This document shows positions 1 through 8,373 of a DNA stretch of 33,672 nucleotides, one piece after another. Source of the DNA: Bdellovibrionales bacterium. GTDB taxonomy: Bacteria > Bdellovibrionota > Bdellovibrionia > Bdellovibrionales > DASUEL01. Both the position numbers and the translations under genes were made by a program. Position 1 is the first letter of the stretch; each line of letters begins with the position of its first letter. The notes below the pieces were generated by a model, which saw only the letters and a list, made by a program, of their open reading frames with translations, was not told the origin of the DNA and made no database searches. The stretch is taken from contig JBFWOZ010000031.1 of NCBI GenBank assembly GCA_050250255.1, positions 1-33,672 on the forward strand, read 5' to 3'.

Positions 1-125
1 TCCCCCTTTGTTTTTTTCTTCGCAGAAATATTCTCAGGGGGATTCCCGCTTCAATCAATAGCCGACCTATACACTCTTTAAAAACACTATCTATCAAGGG
101 TTACGAAACTTTTCGGACACGCTCC
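1..125 (-). mobile_element. Probable left end of an insertion sequence (IS5/IS1182-like terminal repeat); transposase would start just outside the window
   Basis: Minus strand reads GGAGCGTGTCCGAAAAGTTT... from 125, exactly where the neighbouring ORF turns into a short non-family tail and stops. The segment ends at the window edge in an RBS-like AAAGGGGGA. Family assignment is by resemblance only. Confidence 0.55.
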
Positions 126-299
126 AGAGAAGCTCACCTTCATCACAAGCTGGTAATCATGTGGTGCGTGGAACATGGGGAGGTGAGAGACATAGGTCGC
201 ATTTTTGCCAAAAACGACCATTCCATGAGTCGACGGTGGATCTGCCTGTGCCGTCATTGAGAGCGATAATGTCATCGCTAGTATCTTTAAAAATTTCAT
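87..299 (-). pseudogene. Secreted protein, N-terminal fragment, apparently interrupted near 125 by the IS
   Basis: Signal peptide MKFLKILAMTLSLSMTAQA, AGGAGA RBS, and a conserved-looking HGMVVFG...YVSHLPMFHAPHDYQ segment. The tail GACPKSFVTLDR* is read from the putative IS end. Confidence 0.6.
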
Positions 300-419
300 A
301 AGATCTCCTTTTTTTTGTTCCCTTTTCGGGAGCGGTTATTTGTTGAGAGATATTTCGCTCATTTTCTTTAAAAAGAAAAATTAATTGATTTTAAAAGTCA
401 TTTAAAATAACTAATAGCC

Positions 420-1271
420 ATGAAAATCACATCTCACCAATTAGAAGCTTTTTTTGAAACGGCGAAACTGAGGAGCTTTTCGAAAGCAGCCAACGCCCTT
501 GCTGTGACTCAATCGGCGCTCTCTCAGAGAATTTCCCATCTTGAAAAAGATTTGGAAGTGGCGCTTTTTATACGTGATCCGAGTGGGCCACTTCTGACAT
601 CGGCAGGGGAGCTTCTGCTACGGCACTGTATGGTGACAAGCTCTCTTGAGGATGAAGTGTTAGGACAACTGAAATCTTCTCACGCGCAGCTTCGGGGACA
701 GATTCGTATTGCGGGCTTTTCTTCGATTCTTCGCTCGGTAGTGATTCCGAGCCTTGCTCCTTTTTTAAGAGATCATCCGCAGGTCCACTGCGAATTTCGA
801 AGTTACGAAGTGGCGGAGCTATTTCAGGTTTTAAGAAACGGAGAAGCAGACTTTGTGATTTTGGACTATCATCTTCAAAAGGCGGGGATCGCTGAACATG
901 TTTTGGGCCAGGAGGAGTACATCGTGATTCAAAGCACGAAGTACAAAGGGGCCGAAGATATTTATCTTGATCACGGGCCTCAAGATAACGCCACAGAGAG
1001 TTTTTTTCGAGAGCAATCCAATGCACCTAAAAGTTATCGTCGTTCTTTTATGGGAGATGTTTACGGAATATTAAATGGGGTGGAATTGGGTCTTGGACGG
1101 GCCATTATGTCGAAACATTTGTTAGGGACTTCTTCAAAGGTCGAAATTGTGAAGGGTTACAAGAAATATCAAAGGGATGTTGTTTTGAGTTATTATGAAC
1201 AGCCTTATTATTCTCGGCTCCATAAGGAGCTTGTCTTGCAGCTCACTAAAAAGGCGAAAGAATATCTTTAG
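420..1271 (+). CDS. LysR-family transcriptional regulator
   Basis: N-terminal HTH (SFSKAANALAVTQSALSQRISHLEKDL), 283 aa, divergent from the upstream gene across an AT-rich spacer. Confidence 0.96.
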   Translation: MKITSHQLEAFFETAKLRSFSKAANALAVTQSALSQRISHLEKDLEVALFIRDPSGPLLTSAGELLLRHCMVTSSLEDEVLGQLKSSHAQLRGQIRIAGFSSILRSVVIPSLAPFLRDHPQVHCEFRSYEVAELFQVLRNGEADFVILDYHLQKAGIAEHVLGQEEYIVIQSTKYKGAEDIYLDHGPQDNATESFFREQSNAPKSYRRSFMGDVYGILNGVELGLGRAIMSKHLLGTSSKVEIVKGYKKYQRDVVLSYYEQPYYSRLHKELVLQLTKKAKEYL

Positions 1272-1291
1272 AGCTTCAACAGAAAATTAAA

Positions 1292-1321
1292 AAAGCAGAT
1301 GGAGTTTCGTCCATCTGCTTT
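1292..1321. terminator. Bidirectional rho-independent terminator
   Basis: AAAGCAGATGGA-GTTTCG-TCCATCTGCTTT with A/T tails between convergent genes. Confidence 0.85.
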
Positions 1322-1341
1322 GATTTTTAAAGATAATAAAA

Positions 1342-3435
1342 TTACTCGCCCTTAAATAGAACCTTAAGAGGGCTGCCACTACGATCGTACATCACCATTT
1401 GGCCATTGGTGTGAAGGCCTAAGTAAGCTCCAGCGTGGCCACTTGTATCAGACGCCCAGAGAGGTTTCCCGCTCTTGTCGTAAATCACAAGATTTCCATC
1501 ACCTTGCATTTCAACGGCATTAGGGTTTGGAAGACCCGACGTATTGCTTGCCCAAAGTGGGCCATTCGGTCCGTAAAGAACTAAGTTGTTGTCGGACTGA
1601 TAAACAAGTCCATATTTCCCATTGGCAGACTGGAAAGACTCATTAGGTTTTAATGATTGACCTGCTTTGAACATCACTGGAGGAGTCGGAGGTGGTGGAG
1701 CGGCTTTGACTAATTCCTTAATAACACCTTTGTCTTTGTTGACGATTGCGAGCTGTCCATCATTTTGTAATACCAAGTAAGCTCCAGGGTTACCTTGTGT
1801 CACTGTTGACCATAGAGGTTTTCCGTTCTTGTCGTAAATCACAAGGTTTCCATCGCCTTGCATCTCAACAGAGTTGGGGTTTGGTTGTCCCGACGTGTTG
1901 CTTGCCCAAAGAGGATGACCTTGTTTGTTATAGAGTACCAAGTTGTTATCAGACTGATAAACAAGGTTGTAACTGAAGTTTGAAGATCTTAGAGATCCAC
2001 CCACTTTTATAGACTGACCCGCTTTGAGAGAACCTTCAGCACTTTGGATGTTATCACATCCATCATCGTCACTGTTCATTTTTCCACGAACGAAGAGCGC
2101 GGTTTGTCCTTTAAGATCGTAAGTCTCGCCTGACTTCAGAGATTTTCGATCGAGTATTTCTCCAGTCACTGGATGTATCACACAAAATTTCATGTTGTGT
2201 TTTGCTCTTACGCGTAAATAGTCTTTGATTCCCATTGGTAAAGAGACAAATTCATTTCCATTCACAGCGCCAAAGTTACGAACCGCGCCGCTACCATGGC
2301 TTGGTGGATAGCCAATTTCGCCAACAGATTCAAGAGGGTGGCCTGCCCAATGATGATTTTGTCGAGACCAATTCATAACATTCTTAGGCAGATAGCTTTT
2401 CATCGCTTTAAATGCAGTAGTTACATTCGTGTAGTAAGTTGTGTAGTCACCATGATCTGCTCGCACACCAGCTTCGCCGTGATAAACGTGAAGAGGTAAG
2501 CCCGAAATATAAGAGACAATGGCGCCCGCAACGTTTCTCATAGGATCTGTATCGCTCGCAACTGAAGATCCAGGACCAAGCGGTTCGTTATTACTTCCGA
2601 TAGCGGGAAGGCCACTACAGTAAACGTATTCCCAAGGCTGTCGAACCGGGCGCCAGAATCCATCACCTAAGTTAACAGTGCGATCAAAGTGCCAAGTTCC
2701 AATATCCGCAATACCTCCAGCGTAGAGGTTTTGGAATTCGTGACAAAGGTCTTCTGTTTGTTGATAGGCCGCAGATGCAGCAACTAAAATATTCGTGCGA
2801 TCATTTAAGTATTTTGTCCAATGGCGGATAGATGAATCTCCATCCCAACCTGTACCTTCATATTCGTTCGCGATTTCAAAGTGCATGATTTTATGTTCGC
2901 GACCGCGAGACATGGCAATAAAACGATCTACCAAGTTTTGCTTTTGATGTTCGTTAAAATCTCCAGCGCCACCAAAAATGGTCCACTCAAGACGTAAACC
3001 ATATTGATCGTAAGCGAGATCGGTGAGGCCTGCGATCATCTCGTTATAGTCTGGCCAAGAAGCGTTCATATCAAGCTTGTACCAGTAATCATGAGGACGC
3101 AGTGGCTCTCGGCTGATCACTCCTAGTACACGCACATAATCAAAACCGTTTTCAGCAAGTACAGCGAGGTTTCTTTCAAGCTTTGCGCGATCATGTTTGT
3201 AAGCCCAAAGAGCCCACATCATCGTCACGCCAAGACCATAAAACTCGCCTTGGTCGTCACGAAGAGCTCGGCCAGAAGCACGCACCAAACCTGATCTTTT
3301 ATCAAAGGATTGTATGGTCGTTGTTGTCTCTTGGCTTGTCGCTGCAGGAGCTTGCGACTCGTTAGAAGTTTTGTTCGTACAGGCAGTCAGTGTGAACGTG
3401 AAAATGAGTAAAGAAAGAAGCACTTTGCGTAACAT
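1342..3435 (-). CDS. Lipoprotein with a GH5/clan-A-like glycoside hydrolase domain and two C-terminal bulb-type (B-)lectin domains
   Basis: Lipobox TLTA-C; TIM-barrel-type motifs (NGFDYVRV, FEIANE, NNEP); QxDxNxVxY motifs QSDNNLVLY and QGDGNLVIY each occur twice; Pro-rich linker PPPPTPP between the lectin domains. Confidence 0.8.
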   Translation of the reverse strand: MLRKVLLSLLIFTFTLTACTNKTSNESQAPAATSQETTTTIQSFDKRSGLVRASGRALRDDQGEFYGLGVTMMWALWAYKHDRAKLERNLAVLAENGFDYVRVLGVISREPLRPHDYWYKLDMNASWPDYNEMIAGLTDLAYDQYGLRLEWTIFGGAGDFNEHQKQNLVDRFIAMSRGREHKIMHFEIANEYEGTGWDGDSSIRHWTKYLNDRTNILVAASAAYQQTEDLCHEFQNLYAGGIADIGTWHFDRTVNLGDGFWRPVRQPWEYVYCSGLPAIGSNNEPLGPGSSVASDTDPMRNVAGAIVSYISGLPLHVYHGEAGVRADHGDYTTYYTNVTTAFKAMKSYLPKNVMNWSRQNHHWAGHPLESVGEIGYPPSHGSGAVRNFGAVNGNEFVSLPMGIKDYLRVRAKHNMKFCVIHPVTGEILDRKSLKSGETYDLKGQTALFVRGKMNSDDDGCDNIQSAEGSLKAGQSIKVGGSLRSSNFSYNLVYQSDNNLVLYNKQGHPLWASNTSGQPNPNSVEMQGDGNLVIYDKNGKPLWSTVTQGNPGAYLVLQNDGQLAIVNKDKGVIKELVKAAPPPPTPPVMFKAGQSLKPNESFQSANGKYGLVYQSDNNLVLYGPNGPLWASNTSGLPNPNAVEMQGDGNLVIYDKSGKPLWASDTSGHAGAYLGLHTNGQMVMYDRSGSPLKVLFKGE
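1460..1965. repeat. Intragenic tandem duplication of the B-lectin domain
   Basis: About 1460-1608 is highly similar at DNA level to about 1814-1965 (offset 354-357 bp). Confidence 0.85.
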
Positions 3436-3473
3436 AAAACCTACCTTCCCTCGACGCGAGGATGTGAAACTCT

Positions 3474-3500
3474 TTGTCGGCAGGGCGAAGATCTTAATTA
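3474..3500 (-). promoter_or_regulatory. Candidate sigma28 (FliA) promoter for the GH-lectin gene
   Basis: Minus strand TAAT-N15-GCCGACAA versus consensus TAAA-N15-GCCGATAA, about 40 bp upstream of the ATG. Confidence 0.5.
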
Positions 3501-3590
3501 AACGAAAAAACTAAGACTAGACCAAGGGATTGAAGCATTTTGATACACCCAAAATGCCTGCGAATAAAATTAGGAATGGTTTTATTTTTC

Positions 3591-4382
3591 TTATTTTGTC
3601 GAAGGAAAAATGTGGCTAGGAATGGAGGGAATTTGTTTTTTAGGGGCTGTGCCAGTCGTGGGCTTTACGCCAAGCCAGTAGGCCGCCCATGCTTTGAGAT
3701 CGGCATTTGTGCCAGGTTGGTCCGCTAGCTTTATGATATGTAATCCACTACGATCATAAGTTACAACATGCTCAAGCACGAGATCATGAGCCTCAGAATA
3801 CTCAATGTTTTTAGCAATGATTTGAAACTTTTGGTAAGTGGCAAGAAATTGATAAAACGTTTTCGCAGAAGGAAACTGAGTAAGAGCGTTGCTGTCGGGC
3901 TCTACGAAAGGATTAGAGCGCGCATACAGAGTAAAGCTATTGGGTGTCGGCATGTCTCTTTTGCTTAAATTGTTCCAAACTGCATAGTCTAAAAGTCTAA
4001 AAAAATATTTATGTACGTCGTGTACCACCAGCAGAAGAACTTCCCGTTCTTGTTCTGTAAAAGAGCGTATGAGCATCTGTGAATAGACATTGTCGATCAA
4101 GCGCTGAAGCTGTTTTGTCGCATGAAGAACTGGAAAACTATTTAAATAAGCAAAATCACGGGAGTCGGGATTTTGGCCGATGTTGTATTTCCAGTCGCTC
4201 ATCATTTGACTGGCGAGCTTTAAGGTTTTGTCGGCAAACTGTGTACCGACATTGGTTTGATCTTTTTGAAAAAACGTTGCGATCTGTGCTTTAAGTGTCA
4301 GTGCATAAGTACAAAAACGGTTGGCTGAAGCTTGTGTGCAGGTAAAAATAATGAACAAAACAAAAAGATTTTTAAGATTCAT
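3591..4382 (-). CDS. Hypothetical secreted protein
   Basis: 263-aa ORF with signal peptide (MNLKNLFVLFIIFTCTQASA); no family motif recognised. Confidence 0.75.
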   Translation of the reverse strand: MNLKNLFVLFIIFTCTQASANRFCTYALTLKAQIATFFQKDQTNVGTQFADKTLKLASQMMSDWKYNIGQNPDSRDFAYLNSFPVLHATKQLQRLIDNVYSQMLIRSFTEQEREVLLLVVHDVHKYFFRLLDYAVWNNLSKRDMPTPNSFTLYARSNPFVEPDSNALTQFPSAKTFYQFLATYQKFQIIAKNIEYSEAHDLVLEHVVTYDRSGLHIIKLADQPGTNADLKAWAAYWLGVKPTTGTAPKKQIPSIPSHIFPSTK

Positions 4383-4525
4383 ACTCAGGCCTCTTGTGAA
4401 CTAAAGGCGTCATATAGCCGAGCATGAATTCGGGGGCTATCTAGAAGCAAATAAAACGTAAATGTTACAGGAGAAAAGACCCAAATTCTTTGACTTCAAA
4501 TGTGTATTTGCACTTTACTAAATTT

Positions 4526-5335
4526 ATGAAGCTTGTTCTGTATATTCTTCTCAGTTTTATCTTCTGTGCTTCGCCTGTTTTTGCTGATGAAAATTCCGAG
4601 CCTAAATTGTTTGATGGTCTATGGGAAAATGTGGGCGACTCTTTTTCGGGTTACAATGTCTTTTATCATGTCGCCGGTGTGGTTTCGACAGCGGCGTTAA
4701 TTGATTCCGGTGTGGATGCCCATGTGTACGATACTTTTCGACACACTTCTAACGATGCCGCCTGGCCTGGCGCCATTCTGGGCAGTGGGTTAGGAGCATT
4801 AACAGCAGGGCTTTGGCTTTATAGCTCTGATGATCGGGAATCCTTAGGTGCTGCTTTTGTCATCGCGCAAGCTTCACTAATTACCGTGAGCTATGTTTCA
4901 GTTTTGAAGGCTGTTACGGGAAGAGCCCATCCTACCAATACGTCACATATGGATTCACAGGAACAAAGCGAGCAATTTAAGTATGGAATAGTAGAACGTG
5001 GAGTGGGTTACGGTTGGCCATCGGGACATGTTTCCCATACGGTAGCGGTAACGTCTGCCTTGGCACATTATTATCCCCACAAAACTTGGCTTCGCTGGTT
5101 GAGTGTGGGACTTTCCTCTTACATGCTTTATACCGTCTCTGCTTTTCATGCGGGACAAATGCACTGGTTTTCTGATGGAGTGGCTGGAGCTTTCATGGGC
5201 TATTCTATCGGTTCCACCGTAGGAAAAAACTTTCGCCAGAGATTGGATGGAAGTTCAGCAAAAATGAACGACTTTTTGTGGCTACCCGTAGCAGGCCCCC
5301 AATATTGGGGACTCATGGCGGCACTCCAGTTTTAA
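4526..5335 (+). CDS. PAP2-family phosphatase
   Basis: KAVTGRAHP (C1), PSGH (C2), HWFSD (C3). Start moved to ATG 4526, which gives a signal peptide. Confidence 0.88.
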   Translation: MKLVLYILLSFIFCASPVFADENSEPKLFDGLWENVGDSFSGYNVFYHVAGVVSTAALIDSGVDAHVYDTFRHTSNDAAWPGAILGSGLGALTAGLWLYSSDDRESLGAAFVIAQASLITVSYVSVLKAVTGRAHPTNTSHMDSQEQSEQFKYGIVERGVGYGWPSGHVSHTVAVTSALAHYYPHKTWLRWLSVGLSSYMLYTVSAFHAGQMHWFSDGVAGAFMGYSIGSTVGKNFRQRLDGSSAKMNDFLWLPVAGPQYWGLMAALQF

Positions 5336-5435
5336 TACTGGTCAGAGAAGCAAAGTATCAAGTTCACCAATAGCCTTGACTTGCATCACCACTCTTCGAA
5401 CTATAGAGATCAAATTATTTACAAAGGGATATGAG

Positions 5436-6443
5436 ATGAGAAAAATCGCAATTTGTTTTGCTCTTGGCCTATACGCTTCAAATGCTTGGACGGCAGAGTT
5501 CATGTCGGTAGGAACGGGAACAGCGAAATTTAATGGACTTCTTCAGATGTGGGCGCTGGATGATTCCACGGCTGGGCTAGATGGAAATACGAATTTTCGT
5601 ATTCGACGTGCAGAACTGAAATTCAGCGGATCTGTGTTAGAGAAAACTCGTTGGTTTTTGATGGTTGATCCTGCAAAGTCGCTTTCTACGGGTGTGGTCA
5701 GTAACGCTAACGACAATAAAATTCTTCAAGATTTTGGAATGGGTTTTACCCTCGTAGAGGATCTTGAATTGGTCGCTGGTCAATTTAAAGTTCCAACCGC
5801 GGCAGAAGGTCTTCAGTCTTCGAGTGAGCTTTTGTTCGTAGAGCGTTCTTATATCGCGCGAACCTTTGGTGATCGTCGTGAGCCTGGCCTGATGTTGGAT
5901 TACAATCCAAAACCTATACGTGTGCGTTTGATGGCGTCAAATGGCCAAGTGAGTTCCGGAACAACGGGCTCGAATATCAACGATACGAATAACTCAAAAG
6001 ATATCAACGCTCGTGTCGATTATTCGTTGAGTGATGAGTTAAAAATGGGAGTTTTTGGAAGTCAGTCTCATTCCATAGTGGGTCTTAGCAACCGAGGTGG
6101 TTTGAACGTGCACTACACGCGTGAAAGATTATACGTGGGTGTGGACGGTATGCAGGGGCGAGAACTTGATGCGGAAAAAGCAGGTGTTGCTGCTGATGTT
6201 GGTTACAAATTCTGCGATGAAATGCAGGCAGGTTTTCGTTACGAAAATTTCCAGCAAAAAACAGCTCCCGAGTCGGCCAATGCTTACACTTTAGGACTCA
6301 ACTATTTTCTTGCCGGTCACAATGCCAAGATTCAGTTAGCTCACACGGTTTTGAATAACATGCTGGGAACAAACGGGACGATCAGTCCGTCTTCTAGCAA
6401 GAACGGCACTCTGACCGCTTTTAACTTCCAAATGGCTCTATAA
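5436..6443 (+). CDS. Outer-membrane porin, phosphate-selective porin O/P-like
   Basis: Signal peptide; FRIRRAELKFSG, AGQFKVP and LLFVERS motifs; amphipathic strands ending TAFNFQMAL. Start ATG 5436 follows AAGGGA. Confidence 0.8.
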   Translation: MRKIAICFALGLYASNAWTAEFMSVGTGTAKFNGLLQMWALDDSTAGLDGNTNFRIRRAELKFSGSVLEKTRWFLMVDPAKSLSTGVVSNANDNKILQDFGMGFTLVEDLELVAGQFKVPTAAEGLQSSSELLFVERSYIARTFGDRREPGLMLDYNPKPIRVRLMASNGQVSSGTTGSNINDTNNSKDINARVDYSLSDELKMGVFGSQSHSIVGLSNRGGLNVHYTRERLYVGVDGMQGRELDAEKAGVAADVGYKFCDEMQAGFRYENFQQKTAPESANAYTLGLNYFLAGHNAKIQLAHTVLNNMLGTNGTISPSSSKNGTLTAFNFQMAL

Positions 6444-6454
6444 AAAACACGATT

Positions 6455-6484
6455 CTTGCTCTTTCCCCTAAGTGAAAGAGCAAG
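6455..6484. terminator. Hairpin, probable terminator between convergent genes
   Basis: CTTGCTCTTTC-N8-GAAAGAGCAAG. Confidence 0.65.
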
Positions 6485-6508
6485 GCCGTCTCCTGTGATC
6501 AAACGAAA

Positions 6509-7609
6509 TTAAGATTTAAAATCAAATTCTTGTGAAGATAGCTCGCGACCGTTTACTTTGACCGCAACCTTTTGTTTTCCTGAATAATACTTGCGAGTCG
6601 TAATGAGCTTAAAGCTATGCCTTTTTACGATTTCGAGTTGTACCCCCGCTTCGAGTTGCCCCACTTTGAGTTTAAAAACCTTAGGGTTTAAGTCCCCATT
6701 CGATTTTTTAAAGTAAATCACGTAATCAACAATGTATTTGACCCTTTTCTTCGTTTTATTTTTGATTGAAAACTGAAGTTCTAAGGTGTCGCCCATTTTA
6801 AATTTGGTTTTATTGAGTTTAACCTCAGAACACTGGAGACTCTTTTGCTCTAAATCAATACCTGTAAACTTAAGTGCTTCGGGATGACCATCTTTGATGA
6901 GCGTGCGTAAAGCGCGATGGCTGATAAATTGAAATTCTTTTTTGTAATCGTTTGGAACTTGTTTTTTCCATTTCAAAAGAGTTTTTACGACAAGTCCGGG
7001 GTGATCTTTGGCAATGTCATTGAGATGGTTGCCTACACTTTTTCGCACGTAGAGAGAGGGATCAAACTTTAAATGCTCTAGGATCTCAAGTCCCAGACTT
7101 GGGTTTTTAACGGCGGAGTGCAGTCTTTCACCCCAAGGAAGACGGGGTCTCGTTCCTTCAGAGAGCCAGCGTCTGATGTGTTCGTTGGAGTCACTCTTCC
7201 AAGATTGAAGATGAGTGTAAATTTCGTCTCCATATTTGTTGATGAAAGGCCTGATGCTAAACTCAGCGGTAAATCGGGGCGTGAGTTCATACATGGCTTT
7301 GAGAGACGGAACCACGTGTTCAAGGCCGTAGATTTGGATAAACTCCGTGGCGGGCCAGAGTTCAAAGGATTTGAGTTTTTGTGAGCGTGTGATCTTTAAA
7401 AGCTCAACGAGTGCTTTGGGATAATCCTGTGGTAAGGTTTTTTTCAATTCATGGGCAATGAGTTGTACGCGGGCTTTGAGCTCGCGTGTTTCTAATTGCG
7501 CAATAATTTTTTGGATTTCGTTTTTCTTAAGCTCAGTGTTTTCAAAATATTTTTTGACGACATCGGCGTTGATCCAAAGTTTAAAAGCATTCGGATTTTC
7601 TTCACTCAT
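6509..7609 (-). CDS. alkC: HEAT-like-repeat DNA alkylation repair glycosylase (AlkC family) with C-terminal Ig-like domain
   Basis: LTPRFTAEFSIRPF, RRWLSEGTRPRLPW, YVRKSVGNHLNDIAKDHP, and C-terminal KVFKLK...ITTRKYYSG. Confidence 0.88.
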   Translation of the reverse strand: MSEENPNAFKLWINADVVKKYFENTELKKNEIQKIIAQLETRELKARVQLIAHELKKTLPQDYPKALVELLKITRSQKLKSFELWPATEFIQIYGLEHVVPSLKAMYELTPRFTAEFSIRPFINKYGDEIYTHLQSWKSDSNEHIRRWLSEGTRPRLPWGERLHSAVKNPSLGLEILEHLKFDPSLYVRKSVGNHLNDIAKDHPGLVVKTLLKWKKQVPNDYKKEFQFISHRALRTLIKDGHPEALKFTGIDLEQKSLQCSEVKLNKTKFKMGDTLELQFSIKNKTKKRVKYIVDYVIYFKKSNGDLNPKVFKLKVGQLEAGVQLEIVKRHSFKLITTRKYYSGKQKVAVKVNGRELSSQEFDFKS

Positions 7610-7612
7610 AAT

Positions 7613-7999
7613 TTATTCCGGGTTATGGCAAACGGCTTCAATATTGTGCCCGTCAGGATCTAATACGAAAGCACCATAATAATCTTTGTGATAGTGAGGA
7701 CGGGGGCCAGGAGCTCCGTTGTCTTTTCCGCCAGCAGAGAGAGCAGCCTTATAAAACTCGTCCACTTGTTTGCGAGTTTCGGCTCGAAAAGCTAAATGGA
7801 TACGAGGTTGATTGGGAGTTCCTTCTGCAAGCCAAAAATCAGGTTTCGGGGGAACGCCATAACCGAGAACGACTTTACCGCCTGTGTATTCCTTAGGAAT
7901 CTCTTTCATCATCACGTAACCGAGAGGGGCGAGCGCTTTGTCGTAAAAGTGTCGGCTTTTCTCAGGGTTGCTCATGTTAAATCCGCTGTGGTCAATCAT
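7613..7999 (-). CDS. VOC/glyoxalase/bleomycin-resistance family protein
   Basis: MIDH..., HLAFRA, YYGAFVLDPDGHNIEAVCH; AGGAGG RBS. Confidence 0.95.
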   Translation of the reverse strand: MIDHSGFNMSNPEKSRHFYDKALAPLGYVMMKEIPKEYTGGKVVLGYGVPPKPDFWLAEGTPNQPRIHLAFRAETRKQVDEFYKAALSAGGKDNGAPGPRPHYHKDYYGAFVLDPDGHNIEAVCHNPE

Positions 8000-8019
8000 G
8001 TGGACCTCCTATAGTGTAA

Positions 8020-8103
8020 TTAGCTGGTTCGTCTGCGATAGGCAACAAACAAGCTAAGAGCTGCGACCACAAGCCAATAAATCACAGGGCTACATATGTC
8101 CAT
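8020..8103 (-). CDS. Candidate 27-aa single-transmembrane peptide MDICSPVIYWLVVAALSLFVAYRRRTS (below the ORF-track cutoff)
   Basis: Translated by hand: hydrophobic core followed by RRR; the stop lies just upstream of the VOC gene RBS. AGGA is only 3 nt from the ATG, a weak RBS. Confidence 0.4.
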   Translation of the reverse strand: MDICSPVIYWLVVAALSLFVAYRRRTS

Positions 8104-8179
8104 TAATCCTAGGCTGATGGGCCTCATGCCAGAGCAGCTGCTACAGCGCCACTAATTTTTTATTTGATTGTGAGGCAAA

Positions 8180-8290
8180 ATGAAAACATTTAGAGCGCTG
8201 GAGCTGGCAATTCAGTTTCATCAATTAATGAGTAAATTGGAAATAACGGGGCATTTGAAAGATCAACTTTTTCGAGTGGCAAGTTTTTAA
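8180..8290 (+). pseudogene. Truncated four-helix-bundle (23S rRNA IVP/Avd-like) protein, 36 aa
   Basis: GAGG RBS, then MKTFRALELAIQFHQLMSKLEITGHLKDQLFRVASF*. This resembles the family N-terminus (L.DQL.RA..S) but stops before the expected N.AEG motif. Confidence 0.65.
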
Positions 8291-8373
8291 TATGTGGTAT
8301 CAACGATACAAACCTATCGAAACATGGTACGATGGCTAGCGTACAGTGTTATTCATAATCGAAAGGACGCATC

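Noticed and set aside
8180..8290. Diversity-generating retroelement (Avd-like gene)
   Set aside because: No reverse transcriptase and no TR/VR pair. The lectin duplication at 1460-1965 is an in-frame domain repeat without adenine-specific differences.
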